Shown piece by piece: positions 12,603 through 25,784 of a stretch of 64,000 nt of DNA. How positions within the stretch are numbered: the first letter of the stretch is position 1; the number at the start of each line of letters is the position of its first letter. Below the pieces are notes generated by a model that was not told the DNA's origin, searched no databases, and saw only the letters and a program-made list of their open reading frames with translations. The stretch spans positions 51,352,210-51,416,209 of the forward strand of contig NC_068993.1 of NCBI RefSeq assembly GCF_001194135.2, read 5' to 3'. The position numbers and the translations under genes were made by a program. This DNA is from Octopus bimaculoides. Lineage: Eukaryota.

Positions 12603-12989
12603 ATATACATATATAATTACATGGTATGAACCTAGCAGGAAATATGCAATCAGACAAATTTGGAGATCCTTTGTAAATATTTCTTAACTTAGATAGCTTT
12701 TAATCATTTTCTTTCTTTTGTTTTTCTCTCTTCTTGTGTGTGTGGTGGACTACACAATGATTCCTAGATCTATTTTATTCTTGTGGTCTCGGTAACCAAA
12801 AATAGCTCTATTTTACAGTTTTTGGTACTTTTCAGTGCAGTGTGTCACTAGACACAAGACAATTCTGATAAATAAGTTAAATTCAGCCTTTTATTAAGTT
12901 ACTAATTAAGAGGATGTATGCAAGTTTAACTAGATGTCAATTAGTTTGTGCATACAATCCATCCCACCTACGTCACTTTTTTACACTCT

Positions 12990-13560
12990 CCTAAAATCCA
13001 ACACACACATCACGAATTAAGGTCTCTACTACCATCACAACTTCTACAACAACTACTACTACTATTACAACTACCACAACCACCACCACTACTTCCGTCA
13101 CTGCTAGCCTTAGCGTTCATCCATGCCATCAACGCAACTACTGCCAATACGATCGCTGGTTCAGTACCAACAAAACCATCACCGCCATGACCACTACCAA
13201 ACACGACTGTTCATTACAACCATCACCAATGCCACTAGCACTATCACTGTCGTGACTACAGGTCACACTATTATCACCCCCACCCCCAGAGCCACCAAAA
13301 CCATCATCGCTACCATGGCCGTTACCACCACCTCCACCACCACAAGAATTTAGTAGCACCGCAGCCATCAATACCACCACTAATAAGACTTAACAGCTTA
13401 TAATATTAGGACCAGACGACAACTACTACAACACACCCACGTCATCACAACTCCACACCACCACTTCTACTACGACCATTACTACTCCTAACAACAACAA
13501 CAGCAACTGCATCCATACTAAGCCGTAGTCTTTAACACCACTCTACCAACATCCGTGAAA
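12990..13560. repeat. Degenerate (ACC/ACT/ATC)n low-complexity tract
   Basis: Direct reading. Confidence 0.85.
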
Positions 13561-14454
13561 TATGTTTTCCCTCACAACGTTAAGTGTTTATCTTTAATTC
13601 CTTTCCCTACCTCCACCCTTCTAATTTCCTGTGTCTCTCTCTATTTGTTCTCTACTCCTAGTATCCTCCTCAGTCCACGATCAGTCCGTCTGATACTCGG
13701 AAATTGCCGGGCATTAAAGGACGTATTTTAAGACACTTCCGGTAGTTTCACTTTAACCTACAAACAGAAAAAGAAAGAAATTCATACAAACTAACAAAAA
13801 CACAAATAAAACAAAAAAATAAATGGAAATCTCATCAAAAATTTAATATGAAAACCTCTCTTCCTCCATCACTACCCAACAACAATAATATTATTGTATG
13901 TGGCCGTTGCGTTAGCTAGATATAGTAACCGAATCGCTTTCATTTTATGTCTTGCAGTAAAAAGAGAGACAATTTATAATATATTGTAATCGTACATTTA
14001 GTTGACTATTTTATTTTAATGGTCTATGGTTTTTAAGTTCTATAGTTCATGGGATACCAATGTCCATTTTGGTAATTCTTCTCTTGTTTTCTATATTTTA
14101 TTTGTAATTTTTATGTTTCATAGCTATTTGTGTGTGTGTAACCATTTGTGGTTGAGATCAATTGTTTGTATCTATATTTTGTAACAATAAGTAGATGCGG
14201 ACTTGATAGACATATTGCACTAACGATGCGCCATTGCTTCCTGTCAATTAATTGCGACGCAGTGCTTATGTTGTTAAAGCTGTTGACACCGCCGATTGAA
14301 TGGTATCAATCAGGTGTCGAAACTTTAATGATATATATTAGGCAACTCAGGATGGGTGGTACATGCTTAATGTACTTGTTGATAACTGTGACCCATCTAT
14401 GCCATTTTTTCATCGTGGTTCTAATTTGTCCTTCCCTAAAATTCTAGATCTTAG

Positions 14455-14842
14455 TAGGCACGTAGTAAAGGTATTCGGCTCATGATCGTAAGTCGTTAGT
14501 TCGATTCCCCGCTGCGCTTTGTGTCCTGGAGAAAGGCACTTTATTTCACATTAATCCAGTCCACTCATGTAGCAAAAATGAGTTGTATTCGTATTTCAAA
14601 GGGCGAACCTTTTCACATTCTCTGTCATGTTGGATCTTCTCGAGACGTGCGTTAAGGGTACACATATCTGTGGAGTGCTCAGTTCTACTTGTATTTCAAA
14701 GTCGCATTCTCTATCACCTTTGGATCTCCCTGAGAATGACATTAAGGGCACAGGTGTCTGTGGAGGGCCCAACCACTTGCACGTTACTGTCATTAGCAGA
14801 GTGTTCTTTCGAGGATGGGATGGACTTCAATACTCATCGTCC
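14455..14842 (+). mobile_element. SINE family D with tRNA-like head and internal tandem duplication
   Basis: B-box GTTCGATTCCCC and CCAGTCCACTCA...AAAAATGAGT. The TGTATT(T)...TTAAGGG..CA...TCTGTGGAG segment occurs twice (about 14585-14680 and 14690-14770). Confidence 0.7.
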
Positions 14843-15289
14843 AAAGCGAGAGAGTGCCAGTTATGTTAGATCTTGTGGGGGTCAAAATTATTAAGGGAAC
14901 GTTTGGTTTCTTAGTTTATGGTGTAATTTTATCATATATATTATATCATACATGAATAGATATTGCATGGGTCTCCTTTATTCTGTTTCTAATTCTTGAA
15001 AGAGTTTTATTTGCTTATGGATTTGCAGTTTATGGAAGTTTTGAAGCATGTATTGCATCGAAGAAAAAAGACACAAGCGTCACGGATGGAAGACATTTGA
15101 CGACAAATCCTTTTACAAGGATGACCGGCCAATAAACAATAGCAACTGCAGCAAAACTTTGGCTCGTGAAAATATTACTTATTTGACGGGCTTCTTGTAG
15201 CATGAAGGTTATAACCATAGCCATCAAATTGGCAGATGAAATTTTCTTTGATCAAAGCAATTCGGGAGTATTGTTGTTGGTGTGGGTAA

Positions 15290-15780
15290 GCATTGAAGTT
15301 AACGGTGGTACTGCGGCTGCTGGTGATAGTAGAGATGGTGGCTGTGGTGATGATGGTAGTGGTGATAGTATTAATGTTTGTATTGGTGGTTGTGGTGGTG
15401 GTGGTGGTGGTGGTCTTGATAATGTTGATGGCGATGGCAATTGTGATGGTGTTCGTATTCGTGGTAGCTATAGTGATATTGTTGATATTGGTGGTAGTTG
15501 TGTAATGGTGGTGGTAGTAGTGAGGATGGTAGTAGCGACGGTAGTAGTAGTAGTAGTTGTTGTTGTTGTTGCGGTGGTGGGGGTGCTAGTGGTGATGGGT
15601 GTCATGCTACAGGTGGTGATAGTAGTGGTTGTAACGGCGAAGCTTATAGTGACGGAGAGGATAGTCTTGGTGATAGTGGTGATGGCATTGATTGAGGTGG
15701 TGGTGATGGCAATGGAGGTGATGACGGTAGAAGTGGTAATAGTAGTGATTATAGTGGTGGTGGTGGTGGTGGTGGTTTAT
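15290..15780. repeat. Degenerate (GGT/GAT/GTA)n low-complexity tract
   Basis: Direct reading; it explains the Val-rich 203-aa ORF. Confidence 0.85.
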
Positions 15781-16053
15781 ATATTAATATTTAGCAATTC
15801 ATTTGTGATATAACAGATATTTATCTAAATGAAACACGACTCTGCGATTAAGACATTTTGCATCGCAACCATAGCGTTCCGGGTTCAATAACGGTGCGAG
15901 AAACATTGTGTAAATGAATTCTCACCGTTTTTTCTCCTAGTTGACCATGGCTCTGCAATTATATAAATGTTAATTGTGCATAAAACTCCAAACACACATA
16001 AACACACACATACATACATGTAACATTGTGTGTACGTACGTACGTATGTATGC

Positions 16054-16109
<56 letters not shown>

Positions 16110-16592
16110 ATATATAGTTGTGTATGAATAACTCATATTATATATATGTTTGTATATATATATGTGTGTGTGTATGTATGTATATGTGTATATGTATATG
16201 TATATATTGTATGATTCATACAATCACATAAATTTGTCAACCTGAAAATTGTCAGCAAATTAAAACCGTTTATATTTATAGCCTTTCAGGTATACACATA
16301 CTAAATACTCCCTTGTGAACAGTCATCGTTTAAATAAATACTTCAGCATCATTCACAGGCAAATAATTAGATGAGACATTCAAACTATTTATCCCATCTA
16401 ATTGCGAAATTAAGTGTTCCAAAGACATACTCTGTGCTTCATATATTCCTAGGAACTTCCTCTTACTGGATTTCTATGTATGTTGGACATCAAAAATATA
16501 TTTACAGAGTTTCAAGACAAACTAATACCATCTAATAATTGCCTCTATTTTAGACGCAAAAAAGCGTTTAATTTATTGGTTTCAGATTTTGA

Positions 16593-17345
16593 CATAAGGC
16601 CAGCAATTTCGTGGAAAGGGTTAAGTCCGTCATATCAACCCAGTGCTCAAACGGTACTTATTTTATCGACCCCGAAAGAATGAAAGGCAAAGTTGACCAT
16701 CGCGTAGTTTGAACTCTCTTTAAAACGTTTACTATATTAAAATTAATTTCAGTTTTCGTGGTAGAAGCAAATAAGTAGAATTGTTAGAATTTCGAAAAAA
16801 CAAACAAGAAAAAAATTATTTGAGTTCAAATCTTACCGAGATCGACTTTGCGTTTCCTTTTTTCTGGTCTAATAAAATAAGGTACCAGTGAATCACTCGG
16901 ACCAATGTGATAGCTATCGCTTCAAAATTGCTGGCTTTGTGCTATAGTTTGAAACAATAAGATGGGGTGCAAGCAGAATGTTTAACACGCTGAACAAAAC
17001 GTCCGCAACATCTCCTCCGGCATCACGTTCTGAGTTCAAATTCCTCATTGGTCGAATTTGCTCTTCATCCTGTCGGGGTCAATAAAATAAGTGCCAGTAC
17101 AACACTGGGCTTGACTAGCGCTTTCAAGCCTTGTAATTATAATTTTACGCTAAGGTGCCTAGTTGGCATAATCGTTAATGCGTTGGACGAAATGCCTAGC
17201 GATATTTCTTTCGGCTTCTTTCGTTGAGTTCAAATACCGCCGTGGTTTACTCTGCACTTTATCCTTTCGAGATTCATAAAGTGAAGTACTACTCGTGTAC
17301 TGGGTGGAGATATCTACTTACCTTTACGCCTTAAAATTGGTACCA
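16593..17345. mobile_element. Cluster of about four degenerate SINE family A fragments in both orientations
   Basis: Repeated TTGAGTTCAAAT...GACTTTGC...AATAAAATAAG..CCAGT segments; one reverse copy at 16593-16717. Confidence 0.6.
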
Positions 17346-17686
17346 AAATTAGAATTATTTCACGTTTGTTAAATTTTCTAGATTTATTTGTTCTATAATT
17401 TGTATTTGTAGATTTGGCAACGTATTTTAACCCTCCTTTCAAACTGCTCACTTTTACAAGTGAAGTAGAGCATGGTGATACTGCGTTAAATATTTTATCA
17501 AATGATAAGGAATTTTTCGGCATATGTTACTGATTAGGCTCCTTGTAATTAAAGGTGGGCGGCTGGAATGCGTTTTTATATATACTAACAATTACGTCAG
17601 AAACACATGAGTGTTATATTTAACGTTTTGTATCGGATGTAAATAATAATGATAATGATAATAATATTAATAATGATAGTAATAAT

Positions 17687-17880
17687 AAAATACTAGAAAG
17701 TAAGAAATATAAGATGTTGTGGGACTTTAACATTCAGACTGACAAAGTAATAGAAGCTAGAAGGCCTGATTTAGTAGTAGTAAATAAAGAAAAAAGAAAG
17801 TGCCAGATAATTGACTTTTCAGTCCCAAATGTTGAAAAATTCACTTTGAGAGGTAAAGAAAAAATTGTAAAATATCAGCA
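17687..17880 (+). mobile_element. R4/Dong-clade LINE restriction-like endonuclease fragment
   Basis: KILESKKYKMLWDFNIQTDKVIEARRPDLVVVNKEKRKCQIIDFSVP...KEKIVKY fits the RLE motif of R4/Dong elements. Immediately preceded by a TAA/TGA repeat. Confidence 0.85.
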
Positions 17881-18820
17881 AAGTATGAAGACATTGGTTT
17901 CAGTGTTGTTGAAGACTTTGAAGATATTTGATGTTTTCTTTATCTAAATTGTACCTATCCATGTCATGTCTTGGGAATTTTATAAGCCATTTTCTCTGCA
18001 TAGTGGTTTGCTAGTATGGTTGGTTATATTACTTAGCCTATCATATATAGTTCTATTGGTTTACAAGTCTGTTTCATCGTGCGATCCTTGCACGAGCTAT
18101 TCGTTGTTCAATTTGTATCACAATACGTAAACTGTTTTTGATAGTTTGGGATCACAATTATTTGAAAAGGCTACAACAAAGCAGAAAGAATGTACGTTAC
18201 GTAATATATATTCCTTAATAAAACTAAATTCTTTTTCGTTTGACTTGTACTTCACATCATTACGATCTTCAAACGAAAATAACATCTTACGGTATTTAGT
18301 TTAGATTTAGATACAAAAGAGGAATAAGTTCATTCTTCTGTCTATGGCTACAGTTTAAATTGGCGAATTTCTATTAGGGATTTGTCTACGTTTGCCATGA
18401 TTTCATTTGCCAATTCATTGATATTCTATTTTTCGCTAGGTCTGATAGAAGCAGCGAAAAATATCTCTGAAATAAAACTCTGAAAGCATGAGAAACATTA
18501 AGATATTGTTGTTCGAGATGCATCGGTTCTCACTGACAAAAAATGTTAAGGATGGAACTTTTTATATCATATGACTTCAATTCCAACATTGATACGGAGC
18601 CCAGTAAAAACAATGTACAGGCATGGTATGTCGACACATGATTTAAGTTTGTGCTTAAGTTTGTGTGGATGTCTATGTTGACAAAGATTTCGAATGCCTT
18701 TATGGAAGCATTCATCATATGAGAATAAATACTCAAAGCATTTAGAGATGAAATCCAAATACGAGTTAACACTCACACATAAGCGCGCACACATGTATGT
18801 ATGTATGAATGTAAATATGC

Positions 18821-18872
<52 letters not shown>

Positions 18873-19787
18873 NNNNNNNNNNNNNNNNNNNNNNNNNNNN
18901 NNNNNNNNNNNNNNNNNNNNNNNNNNNNNNNNNNNNNNNNNNNNNNNNNNNNNNNNNNNNNNNNNNNNNNNNNNNNNNNNNNNNNNNNNNNNNNNNNNNN
19001 NNNNNNNNNNNNNNNNNNNNNNNNNNNNNNNNNNNNNNNNNNNNNNNNNNNNNNNNNNNNNNNNNNNNNNNNNNNNNNNNNNNNNNNNNNNNNNNNNNNN
19101 NNNNNNNNNNNNNNNNNNNNNNNNNNNNNNNNNNNNNNNNNNNNNNNNNNNNNNNNNNNNNNNNNNNNNNNNNNNNNNNNNNNNNNNNNNNNNNNNNNNN
19201 NNNNNNNNNNNNNNNNNNNNNNNNNNNNNNNNNNNNNNNNNNNNNNNNNNNNNNNNNNNNNNNNNNNNNGTCTTGCTGATGCCCAGCATCTTGTAGCTTC
19301 TACAGTGTGTTAAGCGTGACTGTACTGCGAATTCTCTGCATCGAACATTAATGATCGCACCATTACCCGTTGTTTCGACATATTTCTATCAGATCAGTAT
19401 ATTTTGAATCTTTCTCTCTCTGTGCTTCACAATACAATCGTTCCAGCGAATACAGGTTTGAAAAAGTAATTTACTGTTGAGGGTGCGGGTTTTTGAAAAT
19501 TTTAGCAACTGTCAAAGTTCGTCTTTCAGGTCAAAATATGCAATAATCCCTTGGTTAAAAAAAGTTTACTAAGCAAGCAAAGACCACCAAGTTCAATCCC
19601 AGTGCAGGGAGCATTAACGCAGAAACTTTTCCCATATGTTTGATTCGAATAATGCTCTGAGCGACACGAGATCTAAAAGAAAACCTGTTGGGAGGTCTTT
19701 AATTTTAATCAGAGAACCGAGTTTGTAACATACTGATTCAAATTATGCCAAAGTTACAGCAATGTATGAAATTTAGATGTACGTATT

Positions 19788-19921
19788 ATACAATGAGTAT
19801 CAATTTATGTTGAATAACCAGCTAGAATCCTCATCAGTTAAATCGATAGGTAGCTAGTTAATGCCCCTACAAAGTATGTATGTATGTTTCTTTTTATATG
19901 TAGAAGCATACATATTTATAT
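19788..19921 (+). repeat. Local direct duplication, partner at 23755-23896
   Basis: 3 mismatches in the first 86 bp between the copies. Confidence 0.9.
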
Positions 19922-21374
19922 GGAATTTTATGTGTGTGTATATATATATATATATGGATATAAATAGATACGTACATATATATGTATAAAGATGCAAATA
20001 TTTATATATATGGAATATATATATATATATATATATATATANNNNNNNNNNATATATATGTATGTATATGTATGTATATATATATATTATATTTATATAA
20101 AATATACATACATACATACACAGACACTGACATATGTATACATACGTACATGCGTATTTATGCTCACCTTAATATTAGATGGATTCCACAATATTCTTTC
20201 AGATATTAACCATAAATTTTGAATATTGTGCACCCATTCATGAAAAACGCTCATACCTTTACCCGTATAATTTGACTTCTTGTTTTTAATATATGTCGAG
20301 GTATTCACAGATTTATACAATCTTATATACAATTAGACACCCGTATAAACGCACAGGCAATATACAGAACCACTGAGGTATACTCGTATTAGCAAGCTGG
20401 AAAATAAATGAAAGCATGTAACATGTATGTGTGTATTATATATATATATATATATATATANNNNNNNNNNNNNNNNNNNNNNNNNNNNNNNNNNNNNNNN
20501 NNNNNNNNNNNNNNNNNNNNNNNNNNNNNNNNNNNNNNNNNNNNNNNNNNNNNNNNNNNNNNNNNNNNNNNNNNNNNNNNNNNNNNNNNNNNNNNNNNNN
20601 NNNNNNNNNNNNNNNNNNNNNNNNNNNNNNNNNNNNNNNNNNNNNNNNNNNNNNNNNNNNNNNNNNNNNNNNNNNNNNNNNNNNNNNNNNNNNNNNNNNN
20701 NNNNNNNNNNNNNNNNNNNNNNNNNNNNNNNNNNNNNNNNNNNNNNNNNNNNNNNNNNNNNNNNNNNNNNNNNNNNNNNNNNNNNNNNNNNNNNNNNNNN
20801 NNNNNNNNNNNNNNNNNNNNNNNNNNNNNNNNNNNNNNNNNNNNNNNNNNNNNNNNNNNNNNNNNNNNNNNNNNNNNNNNNNNNNNNNNNNNNNNNNNNN
20901 NNNNNNNNNNNNNNNNNNNNNNNNNNNNNNNNNNNNNNNNNNNNNNNNNNNNNNNNNNNNNNNNNNNNNNNNNNNNNNNNNNNNNNNNNNNNNNNNNNNN
21001 NNNNNNNNNNNNNNNNNNNNNNNNNNNNNNNNNNNNNNNNNNNNNNNNNNNNNNNNNNNNNNNNNNNNNNNNNNNNNNNNNNNNNNNNNNNNNNNNNNNN
21101 NNNNNNNNNNNNNNNNNNNNNNNNNNNNNNNNNNNNNNNNNNNNNNNNNNNNNNNNNNNNNNNNNNNNNNNNNNNNNNNNNNNNNNNNNNNNNNNNNNNN
21201 NNNNNNNNNNNNNNNNNNNNNNNNNNNNNNNNNNNNNNNNNNNNNNNNNNNNNNNNNNNNNNNNNNNNNNNNNNNTATTTTCTCTCAGTGTGCAATCACC
21301 TAAAACGCCACCGTACAAATTTATTGTTTCCAAAAATTCATTCGCACTCTCAATTTCTCTATCTCTGTCGCATT

Positions 21375-21381
21375 ATCTATG

Positions 21382-21431
<50 letters not shown>

Positions 21432-21439
21432 CCTGTCTG

Positions 21440-21496
<57 letters not shown>

Positions 21497-21570
21497 TTAT
21501 CTATCTGTCTGTCTTTCTTTCTGTCTATGTACGTTTATATCTATCTATCTATCTATCTATCAATCAGTAT
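21375..21570. repeat. (TCTA)n microsatellite
   Basis: Direct reading. Similar arrays lie at about 22330, 25680, 31560, 40650, 41090, 42670 and 51530. Confidence 0.95.
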
Positions 21571-22329
21571 ATCTATTTATTTATCTTCACGGCATGCTTA
21601 AAATGTGTGTACTCGCAGGCAGCCACACTTACATATCCTCAGGCAGAGAGGTAAACACACATATTAAAATATCATCAACAATAACACACATGGGCGTATT
21701 GTGTATATGCATGTGTACACACAGTCACATACGCGCACATATGTATAATATCATATAAGCAGTTTTATGAATTATATGAAATATACACGTAGAAATTATA
21801 ATAAATTACCCATAGATATATACAGACATACACACGCACGCGCACTCACACATACTCTCACACACACATACACACACACAGATACATATACATACATACA
21901 GACACGCTCCCGCGCACACATGCGCTCGTGTGTGCACGTTATTTCAGAAGTTTACAAGCAGAGATATGGAAAATGATAGCGAGTGATAGATGTAGACATC
22001 TATTCGCACCATTCCATCAAATCAACCAGGAATATAAAAACTTTGTAATACAATTAGAAATATGGCATCTCCTATTTTACTGGAGTTATATATGCGTGTA
22101 TACATGCATGCAACTCTCTGCGTTTCTATCCACCTCTTGAGCTTTCTTCCTAGTTCTCACTCTCTTTTTTCAGTCTTTCTGTCTCTCACCTCTCTCCCGC
22201 TTTCTTTTTGTATTTCCTTCTCTTTCTCTTTCTCTTTCACTTATTATCTATATAAATAACTATATATTACATAATTTCTTGTCCCCTTGTTAGGTAATTT
22301 CTGTTTCCTTATCTATATCTAATTCTCTA

Positions 22330-22373
<44 letters not shown>

Positions 22374-22523
22374 ACTATCTATCTATATATCTATCTATCT
22401 GCCTGTCTTTCTGTCTATCTATCGATCTATCTATCCATCCATCTATTTCTATTTATGTGTGTCTTTATGGGTATATACCATGTATATGTGTGTGTGTTCA
22501 CGTACATATATGGTTTCTACATG

Positions 22524-22559
<36 letters not shown>

Positions 22560-23754
22560 TGTGTAAATATATGAATGTATGCATGGCTAATAGATTGACT
22601 CAGCTCATCACTACTTAATGTTTTATGGCCATAGAACATATCCATATCATGATTTTTTCGGAGACAAAATGGAATCACGCTTTAGAAATTTTAAATGGTT
22701 TTAAGGTGAGACTATTTAAACATCCATTCGTAAGTTCAGAAAAAGCTGATTTTGCTATCATAGCGACATCGGTTAGCTATGCATACTTAGATTAATATCA
22801 CGCCCTACATTGAACGTCTACACAAATCGTAAAAAGATTCTAAATCCTGTACTCTATCCTGTCTAAATGCTCCTCATTGTCCATTAGGCAGATCCTACCT
22901 CTCAACGGCTGTTGCCTATAAAGCCAGCCTTACACCATCCTACGGCATCACATGACAGTACATATGTATGACAGATACTTTCTTTAAAGGCAGGTATGGG
23001 CAACACATGCACTCCTTCATATATTGGTGAAGGGAAATTTTCCACCTCTCTCTTTTGCTTCATCAGGAGCCTATCGATTCTTCGAAACGATTTACCAGAG
23101 ATTATATACAGCATCCCATGGAACCCCTCCTTTCTTTCTTGAAAACGAATTTGCCAAATTTAGCAGCGTTGGAAAACTGTACATATTCCAATATCCTGCA
23201 TTATCCGTCAATAATAAAAATATCCTATATTTATCATTACTAAAATATATGCAGTGTAAGCACATGTCATAAATCTTACTAATGATATGATATACCAACA
23301 TAGGCCTAGCTGAAACACGTATGATCAATGGCAAGATATATAAATGCCTATTGCCCTTAGAGATCGCAGTTTATTATACACATACTGTTTGTTCAAACTC
23401 AAAATTTTACTTGACAGCAATAAATTGTTCACTTCCTCACGTTTTAACTTTATCGCTGAAATCCCACATCCTACTGTATGACAACTAAATACGCCAAAAT
23501 TTGGCATGCCGAAAACATGTAGAGAATAATTTGCTATCACAACAAAATATCCAACGCGACCCGAATAGGACAACAGAGGTGTAAATGCCCTTACCTCGAA
23601 GCAATTTGAAGTTATTTTAAACTCTGCTGTTCTGTCACTGAATATCTAACAATGCGCATGTGTTTTGATCCCCTGAACTGGTATGAGTCAAATTGTTATT
23701 AAATACATGGTGATCCCACTAAATGTACTGAGAGCTACTTGCTTTCGCTTGTTG

Positions 23755-23981
23755 ATACAATGAGTAGCAATTTATGTTGAATAACCAGCTAGAATCCTCA
23801 TCAGTTAAATCGATGGGTAGCTAGTTAATGTCCCTACAAATTATGTTTGTATGTATGTACGTTTCTTTTTATATGTAGAAGCATACATATTTATATATGA
23901 TAGACAGACAGAGAGTTAAATTATAGATAGCTATATAGATATGGCAATTACATTTATATATCTGTGTATACGTATGAATAT
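23755..23981 (+). repeat. Segment duplicated in two pieces (at 19788-19921 and 25780-25824)
   Basis: 23937-23981 vs 25780-25824 differ at 2 of 45 positions; the latter runs into a gap. Confidence 0.85.
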
Positions 23982-24246
23982 ATGTGCGTGTGTGTATGTG
24001 TGTATTTGTGTGTCTGTGTATGTGTGTGTGTACACATATATAAACTTGTCCAGTTTCAAATGTTAAACAGAATCACAACAAAAACAGAAAATGCACACAC
24101 AAGACATGGACGTGCACATTCCTTGCCAGTTGTTGTCTCAAATATCATTACAATTTCACGCCTTTAACGATGAATATATACATGTACAGGCACACGTATA
24201 CATATATATATACATATATGCATATGTGTGTGCACGTGTAAATATA

Positions 24247-24284
<38 letters not shown>

Positions 24285-25084
24285 GTAAAGGAATACAAAA
24301 AGTGGGACAAGAACGCAAAATATCCAGACAGCTAGATGATACAAAAAAGGGACAACAAAACGCCCAGACAGAGGATACAAAGGAAGGTCAAGAAAAAAAC
24401 ACGGGCGGGTCATTCGAAGTTTTCTTTCCTATACTCGAGATTGGTCCAATCTGGCCAGCCCCAAGGAAAAACTAAGCTAAGAGCATTAGATTCCTTGGAA
24501 GAAAGCAGCGAATGTATACGAAAACAAGGACGGGGAAAAAAAAACGGAGAAATGGTACACAATTACAGAGGGAGAGAGAGAGAGAGATAGAGAGCACTCC
24601 CTCTATACATTTCTAGAGCATGACGTAATGAGGGACCAAGTTCGGGCTAGAAATTGCAGCAGAGTTCTCTCAAATCACACCCCGCAGTCTTTCAAAAGGA
24701 ATCGTTGGTTAATGTTGTTCATGATTCAAAGAGCTTAATAAAAGACGAGATTATCACAGGATTTATACATCTGACCATAGGTTCGATGGATTAATGTTGA
24801 TCTGTGGCTCAACAGCCGCAACAAAATCGGCGGCAAGAAAAAGAACAACAGACAAAACTACTAAGAAGAGAACTTCTCTCTACTTAACGCCACCATCGAT
24901 AACTACGTATAAGAAAACTTCCTCAGCCCACTACCAACGCTAACACCGACCCCACCACGTACAATACCAGCACCACTACTATAGGCACCAACACCTAAGA
25001 CTACAGCATCACCCTCTCCAATATTACCACTACCACCACCACCACCACCACCACCACCACCNNNNNNNNNNNNNNNNNNNNNNN

Positions 25085-25121
<37 letters not shown>

Positions 25122-25670
25122 TCACAACAATTACAATAATAAATCTCTGTTTAAATTGCAAAACGTTAATGGACCATGAACTTGGAACACACGTACTCAC
25201 GCAAACCCACATACGTCCACACGTATACATACATTGATATATACACAACAACAGACACACTCACACGGACACACCGATGTACATATACACGTACACACAC
25301 ACAACACACACGTACACTCGCATACACGCACACACACACACACACACACACATAAACGCGCAGCCTTATGATTTCTCCACGGCCTAGTGACCAGGAGTAT
25401 TAATAAAATTCAATTCTTATGAAACGTGGGATGAAATAAAAGAACGTTTAGGTGGGGGAGGCGGTTTGTTTCGTGTGATGTGGGAGGAGCTTGGGGTGTG
25501 GGGCTTACTGGTCTGTTGTATGTTATATCTATATCTCTCATCCTACACGTTCTTCAGTTAAGAACAATTTTATATACATACATATATACAAACATAAACA
25601 TATATACAGAGAGAGAGAGGGTGGTGGTGGTAGTGGAGTATAACCAAATCAAGGATAAATAGATATACAA

Positions 25671-25718
<48 letters not shown>

Positions 25719-25739
25719 ACAGACAGATAGATAAATGAC

Positions 25740-25784
<45 letters not shown>

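Noticed and set aside
15202-15813. 203-aa Val/Gly-rich ORF
   Set aside because: It lies almost entirely in a (GGT/GTA)n tract with no domain motif.
17314-17523. Minus ORF ending at a GTAAGT donor
   Set aside because: The donor lies within a SINE A fragment.
22902-23114. Minus ORF containing PIYEG (actin-like)
   Set aside because: Only a 5-residue match; the flanks do not resemble actin.
24336-24590. 84-aa Lys/Arg-rich ORF
   Set aside because: Purine-rich sequence resembling an interspersed repeat; single copy here, so it was not classified.
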